This document shows positions 28,144-37,050 of a stretch of 64,000 nt of DNA, piece after piece; the first letter of the stretch is position 1; the number at the start of each line of letters is the position of its first letter. Below the pieces are notes generated by a model, which had not been told where the DNA came from, searched no databases, and saw only the letters and a list, made by a program, of their open reading frames with translations. This stretch comes from a bacterium (GTDB lineage Bacteria; UBA8248; JACPRG01; G963555815). The position numbers and the translations under genes are program-made. Location: NCBI GenBank assembly GCA_965261595.1, contig CBDHDG010000001.1:128001-192000 (forward strand), written 5' to 3'.

Positions 28144-29292
28144 ATGGAATTTAATCTTTCAGATGAACAAAAATCCATTCACGAAGAGATCCGCGCCTTC
28201 GTCGATGAGGTGATCGCGCCATCGGCGGCGGAAAACGCCCGCCTTCACCGCTTTCCCCGTGAGATTGTCCGGGAGCTGGCCGCCCGCGGCTTCATGGGCG
28301 GGCCGATCGCCCGCGAGTGGGGCGGACGCGGATATGATTACATCTCGCACGCGTTGGTCGCCGAGGAGATCGGCCGCGGCTGCTCTTCGATGAGGAGCAC
28401 CTTTTCCGCTCATCTCTCGCTTTGCGCGCTTCCGATCTATACTTGGGGGACGGAAGAGCAAAAGGAGCGCTATCTAAAGAAGATGGCCCGCGGCGAGTGG
28501 CTTGGCTGCATGGGCCTGACCGAAGCCGACGCGGGAAGCGACGTGGGCGCGATGCTCTCCGCCGCCGAGGACCGGGGGGATCACTATCTCCTCACCGGCC
28601 GGAAGATGTGGATCAGCAACGGCTGCGAGGCGGACCTGGCGCTCGTCTACGCCAAGACCGACAAGTCCCAGGGGACGCGGGGAATCACCGCGTTCCTGGT
28701 CGAGATGGCCTGGGCGGGCTGCTCCGCGGAAGAGATACACGGGAAACTGGGCCTGTGGTCATCCAATACGGCCGAATTGATCTTCGATCAGGCCAGGGTC
28801 CCGGCGGAGAACGTCCTGGGAGAGGTCGGGTCGGGATTCAAGGTGGCCATGTCCACGCTGGATTACGGCCGGTTCACGGTGGCGGCCGGTTGCGTGGGAT
28901 TGGCCCAGGCGTGTCTGGACGCCATTGGGGATTTCGTGAAGGAGAGCGGACCGGCGCTTCTCCGGGCCCGGCCGGAGGTTTGCGAGACGATAGGCGAGAT
29001 GGCCCGGGACATCGACGCGGGCCGCCTTCTCGTGATGCGCGTGGGACACCTGAAAAACCGGGGTGTGAGAAACACCCGGGAAACGAGCGTCGCGAAGTAT
29101 TTCACGAGCGAGCTGGCCAATCGGGCGGCGACCCAGGCCGTGCGCGTGATCGGCATGGAGGCCAACTCGGAAAGATACCCCGTCGAGCGGTACCTGCGGG
29201 ACGCGAAGGTGAACACCTTGTTCGAAGGGACGTCGCAAATTCAGAACCTGATCATCGGAAGCCTGGAGCTTGGAATTCGAGCCATCCAATAA
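28144..29292 (+). CDS. Acyl-CoA dehydrogenase family protein (divergent C-terminal FAD motifs)
   Basis: LTEADAGSD, KMWISNG, KLG, LDYGR, RDAK..FEGTSQIQ. Confidence 0.93.
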   Translation: MEFNLSDEQKSIHEEIRAFVDEVIAPSAAENARLHRFPREIVRELAARGFMGGPIAREWGGRGYDYISHALVAEEIGRGCSSMRSTFSAHLSLCALPIYTWGTEEQKERYLKKMARGEWLGCMGLTEADAGSDVGAMLSAAEDRGDHYLLTGRKMWISNGCEADLALVYAKTDKSQGTRGITAFLVEMAWAGCSAEEIHGKLGLWSSNTAELIFDQARVPAENVLGEVGSGFKVAMSTLDYGRFTVAAGCVGLAQACLDAIGDFVKESGPALLRARPEVCETIGEMARDIDAGRLLVMRVGHLKNRGVRNTRETSVAKYFTSELANRAATQAVRVIGMEANSERYPVERYLRDAKVNTLFEGTSQIQNLIIGSLELGIRAIQ

Positions 29293-29403
29293 GCCGCCGC
29301 GGCCTCCTCCCCCGCCGCCGCTCGATTCGGACCCCCCGTCTGAAACCGGCCGGCCCGACGGAGAACCCCGCGCGAAAGCCCTGATGATGGAAGCGAGCCG
29401 AAA

Positions 29404-29919
29404 GTGAAAAAATCCGTCACGCTGACACTATGCATCTTATGGCTGTTGGCCGGTTGCGGATTTTTCAAGGGCACCGCATCGCGGAAGGGTGCCCCCGCGA
29501 GGAAATCGGATTCTCTTTCACGGGCCCGGAAAAAGACCGGTCCCTGCCCGTCCTTCCTGGTGATCGGCAAGAACCCTTCCCGGATTGAAGGAATCTGGCT
29601 GACGAACCGCGCCCTTCCGTATAAAATGCGTGTAGGCGGGCAGCGGCGCGTCCTCCCGGGGCTTCGCGACGTATCGGAGATCCTCCTGGTCCTGGACGAT
29701 TGGCAGACGGGCGCGTGTAAATCCAAGCTGAAATCCAACTCACGGGAGCAGGCCAAACTAGATCGGAAACTTACCCGGGTGAATGATTACCTGCGGGCCT
29801 TCACCCTGGTGCTGAGCACCCCTTACACCACGTCGGCCGAGGCGGAGGAGGAGATTCGGAAATGGGTGAAAGAGGTCCGGGACCGCCTCTTGAGAGAATT
29901 GATGCGCGGCGCACGCTGA
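29404..29919 (+). CDS. Hypothetical lipoprotein
   Basis: Basic N-terminus, hydrophobic stretch and lipobox LAGC. Confidence 0.7.
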   Translation: MKKSVTLTLCILWLLAGCGFFKGTASRKGAPARKSDSLSRARKKTGPCPSFLVIGKNPSRIEGIWLTNRALPYKMRVGGQRRVLPGLRDVSEILLVLDDWQTGACKSKLKSNSREQAKLDRKLTRVNDYLRAFTLVLSTPYTTSAEAEEEIRKWVKEVRDRLLRELMRGAR

Positions 29920-30511
29920 AGTCCGGGGAAGTTGAAATCAACCGGGAATCTTCCCGTGAGACCGGTCCGCGGGCGGGCGCGCGGCGCAAATGGCTGAAGG
30001 CCTTGCCGATCCTTCTTCTGATGTCGGGCCTCAGCGGGATCTCGGCGCCTTCCGTGGCGTCGGCCCAGTCCGAGGCGCTCCAAAAAGGGTTTCTCCCCAT
30101 CGTCCAATTGTGGAAGCGTGGAAAGACGGTCTGCGCCAATAAGGAGCTGCCGGCCTGCGTGGACATCACCAAAGACATCATGAAGCGGCTCGGGATTCTG
30201 CAAAAGAATCTCAAGCACGGGGCGGAAAAGGTCCTGGTCATCGGGGCGCGGGCCCTCATGGCGGCGGGCATCAACGAGGCGAGGGCCGTCGTGGCCTACC
30301 AGGTATCGGGGGCGGACACCGCTTGTAACCTCCTGGGGAATGCCCAGATAAATATGGCCAATGCGGACGACGCGCTTTCCCTTCTCCCCCCCGGAACTGG
30401 CAGGCGAACGTCAAAAGATATGTCAGCCAGATGAAGAGGATCTCCAACATCGACCGGAGGCGGTTGGGGCGCATCGTCCCGCGCGTCTGCCCGAGCAACA
30501 GGATTTTCTGA
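29916..30511 (+). CDS. Hypothetical secreted protein with an apparent frameshift in the C-run near 30386-30392 (start uncertain)
   Basis: Signal-like RRKWLKALPILLLMSGLSG..ASA; adding one C continues the frame as RNWQANVKRYVSQMKRISNIDRRRLGRIVPRVCPSNRIF with high GC3. Confidence 0.5.
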
Positions 30512-30710
30512 ATTTCCTCCGGCGGCCCCTCCCCTTACCCCTCCCCCCCCCCCCGGCGCAAACGCTTCCGGTTGACACGGACGGGCGGGATGAGAACCGT
30601 TGGGGCGTCGTGAATCCGGTTGAAAGCCCAATGTGTTACAGTAGCTCGCGCCGGATTCGGCAAGTAACCGCCTCCGCGGTTTTCCCGGGTTCGACCTGAC
30701 GGGGGCCCGG

Positions 30711-31454
30711 GTGAAAATCCTTCTCAGCAACGACGACGGCGTGCATTCCGCCGGGTTGAAAGCCCTGCACGACGCATTGATCGATGAACACGAAGTCGTG
30801 GTCGTCGCCCCCGATCGGGAACGAAGCGCCGCCGGCCATTCCCTCACCTTGCATCACCCGTTGCGGGTCGTCGAGGTCTCCCAGGGCTGGTTCTCCGTGG
30901 ACGGGACGCCCACCGATTGCGTCCACCTCGCGCTGAACGGACTGCTCTCCGGGCCGAAACCGGACCTCTTGATGGCCGGCATCAACATGGGGGCCAACCT
31001 GGGGAGCGACGTCACCTATTCCGGAACGGTGGCGGCGGCCTTTGAAGGAACACTCTCGGGCGTTCCCTCGATCGCCGTCTCTCTGGTTTCGCGGGGCCCA
31101 TTCGAGTTCGGCCCGGCGGCCGCGTTCTCAGCGCGCCTCGTCGGCGAAGTCGCCCGCCGCGGCCTGCCCGAAGATACGTTGCTCAACGTCAACGTTCCCG
31201 ACCTGCCCGGGGACCGGATTCGCGGCATCCGCGTCACCCGCCAAGGCAAGAGCTTCTACGGAGAAGCCATCGTCGAGAAGGTGGACCCCAGGGGCCGGAA
31301 GTATTTCTGGATCGGCGGCGGCGACGCCGAATGGGCCCGGAAGGGCGATACCGATCTCGATGCCGCTCACGAAGGGTTCATCTCCGTCACGCCCCTTCAC
31401 CTCGATCTGACCAACGAAGCGGCCCATCAAGCCATGAGCGAATGGTCTTTCTAG
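30711..31454 (+). CDS. surE: 5'/3'-nucleotidase SurE
   Basis: LSNDDG, VAPDRERS, GTPTDCV, GINMGAN, YSGTV. Confidence 0.97.
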   Translation: MKILLSNDDGVHSAGLKALHDALIDEHEVVVVAPDRERSAAGHSLTLHHPLRVVEVSQGWFSVDGTPTDCVHLALNGLLSGPKPDLLMAGINMGANLGSDVTYSGTVAAAFEGTLSGVPSIAVSLVSRGPFEFGPAAAFSARLVGEVARRGLPEDTLLNVNVPDLPGDRIRGIRVTRQGKSFYGEAIVEKVDPRGRKYFWIGGGDAEWARKGDTDLDAAHEGFISVTPLHLDLTNEAAHQAMSEWSF

Positions 31455-31458
31455 CGCC

Positions 31459-31724
31459 TGGTTGCATAGTTCCGCGTATGAATTATTCGGGTTGTTGCCC
31501 CGATCTGAGCGAAGGGCATAGCCCGAAGCGGAGATCGGGGCGCGCTTTACGCAGCCGCGATTTCCGCCGGCGGGGCGGGCAGCGGGTCGGTTGACCCCTT
31601 GCCCGCCGGCGGGCTGGAGGGTCACCGACCCGCGCCCGGCCTACCCAATCGCGGCTACAACGGGAGGGCCGCTCCACCGCTCACTGAAAGGCGCGAAGAA
31701 TTATTGCGCGGACTTCCGCAACCA
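31459..31724. mobile_element. Palindromic MITE/REP-like element between surE and pcm
   Basis: Imperfect 31-bp terminal inverted repeats (31459-31489 / 31694-31724), nested inverted repeats, and a partial second copy at 62233-62308. Confidence 0.65.
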
Positions 31725-31778
31725 ACCTCCAGGCCCGTTCGCCCCGTGCGGGAACCTCCGGAGAACGGAGGCCGAACC

Positions 31779-32477
31779 TTGAAACTTCCTTTTTTGTCCA
31801 ACAACCGCCGCCGCGAAAACGGCCGGGAGGATCCCCAAGCCTACGCCAAAGAGCGCGAGCGGATGGTTCGGGACCAACTGGCTGAACGGGGGATCACGGA
31901 CATCCGCGTCCTGGACGCGATGCGCCGCGTTCCCCGCCACCTGATGGTGGAGGAGGCCCTGCGGTTTCGCGCGTATCAGGATCACCCGCTCCCCATCGGC
32001 GAGGGGCAGACAATTTCCCAACCGTTCATTGTGGCGCTCACCTGCCAAGCGCTCTCCCTTCGGGGCGCCGAGCGGGTCTTGGAAATCGGCACGGGTTCGG
32101 GCTACCAGACGGCGATCCTGGCGGAGCTGGTCGAGAAGGTCTACACCATCGAAAGGCTGAAATCGCTGGGAACGCGCGCCCGCGACCAACTGGAAGCCCT
32201 GGGCCACCACAACGTGGCCGGGCGGATTGCCGACGGCACCCTGGGATGGCCGGAAGAAAGCCCTTTCGACGCCATCGTCGTCGCGGCGTCCTCGCCGGAG
32301 GTGCCGGCCCCCCTGAAGGAGCAGCTTGCGGAAGGGGGACGCATGGTGATCCCGATCGGCAAAGCGGATGAGCAGGACCTGGTCCGGGTCACAAAGGAGC
32401 GCGGCGAGACGAGGCTCGAAAAGTTGAGCGACTGTGTATTCGTGAAGCTCGTGGGAAAACACGGCTGGAAGGCCTGA
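31779..32477 (+). CDS. pcm: Protein-L-isoaspartate O-methyltransferase
   Basis: VPRH, GQTISQP, LEIGTGSGYQ, PFDAI; TTG start with GGAGG RBS. Confidence 0.96.
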   Translation: MKLPFLSNNRRRENGREDPQAYAKERERMVRDQLAERGITDIRVLDAMRRVPRHLMVEEALRFRAYQDHPLPIGEGQTISQPFIVALTCQALSLRGAERVLEIGTGSGYQTAILAELVEKVYTIERLKSLGTRARDQLEALGHHNVAGRIADGTLGWPEESPFDAIVVAASSPEVPAPLKEQLAEGGRMVIPIGKADEQDLVRVTKERGETRLEKLSDCVFVKLVGKHGWKA

Positions 32478-32550
32478 GGCCGCCGCTCAGGCTGGCAAAC
32501 CGTGGGAAGATTCATTACATTGTAAGTTTGCGGGGGTAAGAGCATCGGAT

Positions 32551-32627
32551 CGGGGCGTAGCGCAGCTTGGTAGCGCGCTTGCTTCGGGAGCAAGAGGTCA
32601 GGAGTTCAAATCTCCTCGCCCCGACCA
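32551..32627 (+). tRNA. tRNA-Pro(CGG)
   Basis: CGGGGCG..CGCCCCG-A-CCA; anticodon arm CTTGC-TTCGGGA-GCAAG. Confidence 0.97.
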
Positions 32628-32633
32628 TATTGA

Positions 32634-32674
32634 AAAAAGGGCCGGCAGCGTTCTCGCCGGCCCTTTTTCTTTTT
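32634..32674 (+). terminator. Intrinsic terminator after tRNA-Pro
   Basis: AAAAAGGGCCGGC-loop-GCCGGCCCTTTTTCTTTTT. Confidence 0.85.
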
Positions 32675-32890
32675 CAGGGGGGGGGCCGAATCGGGCCGCC
32701 GGGCGCATCATCCGGGCGAGTGTCCATCTCCGTCTCGCGCGGGCGGACGGGCGGGGACGGGGACCCGCCCCGACGACGGAAAAGGCCGTGTGCCGTAGTG
32801 CGCAGCCAATCACGATTCAGTGATGTGTCGGCGAAAAATCCAGGCTCGCCTGAGCTCCTCGCCCGCCAGCCGGTGATAGGCCGCTCCCCA

Positions 32891-33679
32891 TCAGATGCAG
32901 GAGGACGCGCCCCCGTTGATGTCGATGAGCGTCCCGTGGACGAACGTGGCCTGCTCGGACGCCAGGAAGAGCACCAGCCCCACAACCTCTTCGGGCGTTC
33001 CCGCCCGGCTGATCGGCCGTTGGGCGAACAGGTCGGCCTCCAACGCCTCGGGCGACACCCCCCGGGCCGCCGCCCGGCGCGCCAGGTTCCGATCGTACCG
33101 CTCGTTCCGGATGGCCCCGGGATTCACCGCGTTGACGATGATGTTGTGCTTCCCGCCCTCGTTGGCGAGGGTCTTGGTGAAGTTCATGAGCGCCGCGTTC
33201 ACCACGCCGCCGACGGCGTAGTTCTCCAGGGGCTTGCGCCCGGCGTCTCCGATGACATTGACAATCCGCCCGCCCCGCTGCTCCCGCATGTGGGGAAACA
33301 CCTCGCGGCTGAGACGGACGTATCCCATCACCTTCAAGCTCCAGGCGTCCATCCAGGCGGAATCCGGGAGATCGAGGAAGGGCCCGGCGACACTGGCGCC
33401 CGCGTTATTGACCAGGACATCGATCCGGCCGAACCGTTCGAGCGTCCGGGATACCAGGTCCCGGATCTCCTCTTCCTCGGTGAGGTCGCACGGGACGGAG
33501 AGCACCTCGACGCCCGCTTGACGCTCGATTTCCCGCGCCATCTCATCCAGAAGGTCCCGGCCCCGGGCGCAGATGCTCAGGTGCGCCCCTTCATCGGCGA
33601 AACCCCGGGCGATGGCTTGACCGATCCCCTTGCTGGCGCCGGTGACCAGAACCACTTTTTCTTTCAGTCCGAGCTCCAC
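32891..33679 (-). CDS. SDR family oxidoreductase (no YxxxK Lys)
   Basis: TGASKGIG, VNNAG, NYAVGGVVNAAL, NAVNPG. Confidence 0.92.
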   Translation of the reverse strand: MELGLKEKVVLVTGASKGIGQAIARGFADEGAHLSICARGRDLLDEMAREIERQAGVEVLSVPCDLTEEEEIRDLVSRTLERFGRIDVLVNNAGASVAGPFLDLPDSAWMDAWSLKVMGYVRLSREVFPHMREQRGGRIVNVIGDAGRKPLENYAVGGVVNAALMNFTKTLANEGGKHNIIVNAVNPGAIRNERYDRNLARRAAARGVSPEALEADLFAQRPISRAGTPEEVVGLVLFLASEQATFVHGTLIDINGGASSCI

Positions 33680-34653
33680 GCTTGGCTTGACTCCGATGAT
33701 GTCTCACTGAGCGCACCGGCGCTCTTTGGGGGAAGCCGCAGGGCCTTGTCGGGCAGAAAGTCGTTGGAATAAACCGCCTCGGCCGATTCCGCCCCGCCCC
33801 GCCCCAGCGCCTGAAGGGATTCCTCCAACTTATCAACGGGAAGAAATCCGAGTCCGTCACGCCGGGAATCGTCTGTCACGATAAAGGGAATGGTCCGCTT
33901 CCATTGGAGGCGGGCAAGGTCTTGGCTGATGTGGGGATTGCGCCCGGAGAAAAGGTCGGCGGCCTCCGCCGGATTGGACACGGCCCACGAGACGCCGCGA
34001 TACGTAGCCCGCAGGAACCGGCGAACCACGTCGGGCCGCTCATCGAGGAGGCTTTCGGAAACCACGAACCCGTTGGAGACCATATCGAACCCGAAGTCGG
34101 CCCAGAGCAGCCCCAGCGCCGTCGAGCCCTTCTCGGCCGCTCCCGCCTCGATGGCGGGTCCGTTGATGACGTAGCTCAACAGGGCGTCGACCCCTCCCGA
34201 GAGGAGGGCCGGAACCTTCTCTTCGGCCGGGATGAAGACCCGGTTCACGTCTTCGGCGTCAAGACCCGCATGATTCAGGAAGGCGGGGAACAACAAGGCG
34301 CCCGCGTCGGACTCCGTCACTGCGATGGACCTTCCACGCAGATCGCCCGGGGAAGAGATCCCAGACCCCCCCAGGGTGTAGACGACATGCTGGGCGCGAT
34401 GATAGAGAACGCCGACCCCCTTGAGCGGCAGGCCCTCCGAGCGGGCCATTAACATCACCGCAAGGTCCACCTCCCCGATCTCGACCTCCCCCGCCGCCAC
34501 CTCCCTGACGGTCTTCGCGGAGCCGTATCCTCGCGTGATGTCGCAATCGATGTCTTCTTCCTCGTAAAACCCCTTCGCCTGGGCCGCCCAGATCCCGGTG
34601 TGTCCGCCATGGATCAAAAGGCCGTTTCTGAGCCGGACATGATCAGCCGCCAT
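33664..34653 (-). CDS. NMT1/THI5-like binding-protein fold, no signal peptide
   Basis: AQAKGFYEEE, RGYGS, DLRGRSI, LLSGGVDA, PDVVRRFLRA. Confidence 0.8.
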   Translation of the reverse strand: MAADHVRLRNGLLIHGGHTGIWAAQAKGFYEEEDIDCDITRGYGSAKTVREVAAGEVEIGEVDLAVMLMARSEGLPLKGVGVLYHRAQHVVYTLGGSGISSPGDLRGRSIAVTESDAGALLFPAFLNHAGLDAEDVNRVFIPAEEKVPALLSGGVDALLSYVINGPAIEAGAAEKGSTALGLLWADFGFDMVSNGFVVSESLLDERPDVVRRFLRATYRGVSWAVSNPAEAADLFSGRNPHISQDLARLQWKRTIPFIVTDDSRRDGLGFLPVDKLEESLQALGRGGAESAEAVYSNDFLPDKALRLPPKSAGALSETSSESSQAWSSD

Positions 34654-34751
34654 TTCCCCTCCCCGAACACCGTTGACCGCCTACGGTCATCCCAAATTCC
34701 AGAATTGCGCCCGCCCCTGGCTCGGCCCACCGCATCGACCTGAAACAACCG

Positions 34752-34970
34752 TCAAGACTGGCCAAGGACCACCGTCTCGACCGCCACCCCGGGCTCGGAT
34801 GAAGCGGGCCGATAATGCAACAACTCGAAACCGATGACCCGTCCTTCGCTGTCTTTCATCAAGACAACCTCTTCCGTCGTCTCCCGGCAAACATGCTCTT
34901 TGGTCGGCTCATCCAGCCAGACAGTCAGCGTATGCCCGACCGTATCATGGATCACCTTGATCTTGTCCAA
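34752..34970 (-). CDS. DUF2283-like putative antitoxin
   Basis: KVIHDTVGHTLTVWL..EEVVLMKDSEGRVIGFE pattern of DUF2283 proteins. Confidence 0.75.
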   Translation of the reverse strand: MDKIKVIHDTVGHTLTVWLDEPTKEHVCRETTEEVVLMKDSEGRVIGFELLHYRPASSEPGVAVETVVLGQS

Positions 34971-35075
34971 ACCGTTTCTCCCGCCTTGGCCACATCACAT
35001 CGATACGCTGTAACGAGAAAACCCGTACCGCCCTCCCGGCGCGTCACCACACAGACCCAGCGACGAGGCTCACGG
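34952..35075 (-). pseudogene. C-terminal remnant of a RelE/DUF4258-like toxin
   Basis: Hand translation RRWVCVVTRREGGTGFLVTAYRCDVAKAGETVWTR overlapping the DUF2283-like start; N-terminal half replaced by low-GC DNA. Confidence 0.6.
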
Positions 35076-35137
35076 CGGACAATATTTACAAGGGTTGAAC
35101 CTTCCATTTTGAAAGGCAACCACAACATCCGATACCA

Positions 35138-35729
35138 TTACAGACGGTTCACCAGCATGCCGATGTCCCGAATAAACTTGTCCAAAGAGGGGCAGTTTCT
35201 TCTGGCGACCTCGATGTCAAACTTACTCGCCAATGCGGGTTGGTCATCTACTGGAAGGTATGTTCGATGACCAATCATATTTCTTGAAAGGAACCCTTTC
35301 GCATTCCGAACCGACTCAGCATACACAACATCCTCCACATGCGACTTAAGTCCACGTATGCCCCGAAGAGACTTTTGACTCCCCAAGAACCAAGACTCGA
35401 ATTCGGATTTTGCGCAGACCACCGAGACTGGAATCACCCCAAAACCTCTTTTGAACGAGATAGAAGGCTCGGCCCCAGCTCCGCCGGGCAATCATCATCC
35501 GCATCAATCAAGAGCATGACTGCTGATGCATTGGACCGATGTGCGATGGCCACCCGAAGCGATCTTTCCAATTCGCCTTCACGAACGATCCGTTGGCGCT
35601 TAATACGAAATGCCTTGCAACAATTACATCCGGTCGGCCTTCGGCCTGTATAATTCGCCGAATCAGGACTGGAGTTGCCTCTATTTCTCCATGCCCTTCC
35701 ACGATCGGAAGTAGAGTAGGCCCCGGCAT
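35138..35729 (-). pseudogene. DUF4276-like TOPRIM protein with two single-base frameshifts (~35612, ~35437)
   Basis: Reconstructed IVEGHGE..LLIDADDDCP..EFESWF across three frames. Confidence 0.75.
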
Positions 35730-35738
35730 GATCTGAAT

Positions 35739-36914
35739 CTATTCGAAAAGATGGAACTGTTGCGCTTTGGCGTTCGCCGCCTCTCGATCCGCCTCAATTT
35801 CATCAGACCGAAGCAACTCCCCCGGTGTATATAATTTTCGGCGAATTACTTCGCGATTTGATTCCGTAAGGGGGCTGATGATTGTGTTTCCTTTAATTGC
35901 CTCTACTACACGTATTTGGTCTCCAGAAAGTAGCTTTTCGTCCAAAATTTCCGGGCTGTGAGTTGTAAAGAGAATTTGCCGTCTGTTCGCGGCGTCTTGA
36001 AGCACCTCAATGAGGAGATCACTCACCGCAGGATGAACTGTCGATTCCGGTTCCTCGATTCCAATGAGTGATAATTCGGCGGACTGGTAAAGCGCCAACA
36101 AAAGACCCAAAACCCGCAAGGTTCCGTCCGACATATTCGCGGCATCGAACGCCCATGCATGCTTTTGTCCCACATCTTGTTTGAACTTAATCGTCTCTCT
36201 TGTCCCCAGGCTCCGATATTCGACAGACCGCACACCCGGTATCACCGTAGAAAGAATCCTACAAATTCGCCCATAACCATCGCCATCTGCCGATTGAGCG
36301 TCATGTAATCGCTTAAGAACCGCTGCGGCATTTCGACCCTCTCGTTGTAGAAAGTCTCCGGAATCTGGTTCTTGGAGCTCTCTGAGACGAGAAGGAACAA
36401 TAGAATAAAAGCGCATTGAAGTCAGCCAATCATAGACCGGTCGAAATTCTTCAGCCGCCGAGACAACAGACAGTGCAAGCCGGTCAGGCTCAATTTTCGG
36501 ACGAAGACCCGGAACCTCTTTTACAAATTTCCCATCTCGAACTTCAAATCGATCTGACCCGTCATTTTGACGTAGAACGATACATTGCTCACGTGCAACG
36601 CGGAATCCTTCTCGAGGCTTCGCAGCAATTACAAATGCATATTGTGCATGAATCGAATCGGATATCTGAATGGAAAGCCGCATTCCAATATTTGTCGGAT
36701 GCCCACCCGATCGTCTACGTACAGCGCCAATGCCGCCCCGCTCCTTGAAAGCGATATCAAGAGAACCTAGAAGGCTATCGCCAACAAATGAGAGCGCATC
36801 CAGAAAATTACTTTTTCCCGCACCGTTTGGCCCAACCAGCACTGTAAGTTGTTGCAAATCCACAACGGCGCGCGCGATGTTCTTATAGTTCCGAATTTGA
36901 ACCTGCTGGAGCAC
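35739..36914 (-). CDS. ABC-family (AAA_21-like) ATPase
   Basis: GPNGAGKSN, MSDGT, IGIEEPE, TTHS; visibly lower GC than the flanks. Confidence 0.9.
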   Translation of the reverse strand: MLQQVQIRNYKNIARAVVDLQQLTVLVGPNGAGKSNFLDALSFVGDSLLGSLDIAFKERGGIGAVRRRSGGHPTNIGMRLSIQISDSIHAQYAFVIAAKPREGFRVAREQCIVLRQNDGSDRFEVRDGKFVKEVPGLRPKIEPDRLALSVVSAAEEFRPVYDWLTSMRFYSIVPSRLRELQEPDSGDFLQREGRNAAAVLKRLHDAQSADGDGYGRICRILSTVIPGVRSVEYRSLGTRETIKFKQDVGQKHAWAFDAANMSDGTLRVLGLLLALYQSAELSLIGIEEPESTVHPAVSDLLIEVLQDAANRRQILFTTHSPEILDEKLLSGDQIRVVEAIKGNTIISPLTESNREVIRRKLYTPGELLRSDEIEADREAANAKAQQFHLFE

Positions 36915-37050
36915 TTCAATCTCCCATAAGATCTATCCCAAATTTCACATCCTCTCCAAATCAAAGAATATACCCATCGAACCTTCTATTCAAATTAGAT
37001 CAAATATGCCTGGGGATTTCACGCAACATTTGACTCGCCTCCGGCCCCCC

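Noticed and set aside
32628..37050. Integrative element at tRNA-Pro
   Set aside because: No integrase and no duplicated tRNA 3' end were found, and the low-GC part starts about 2.4 kb from the tRNA
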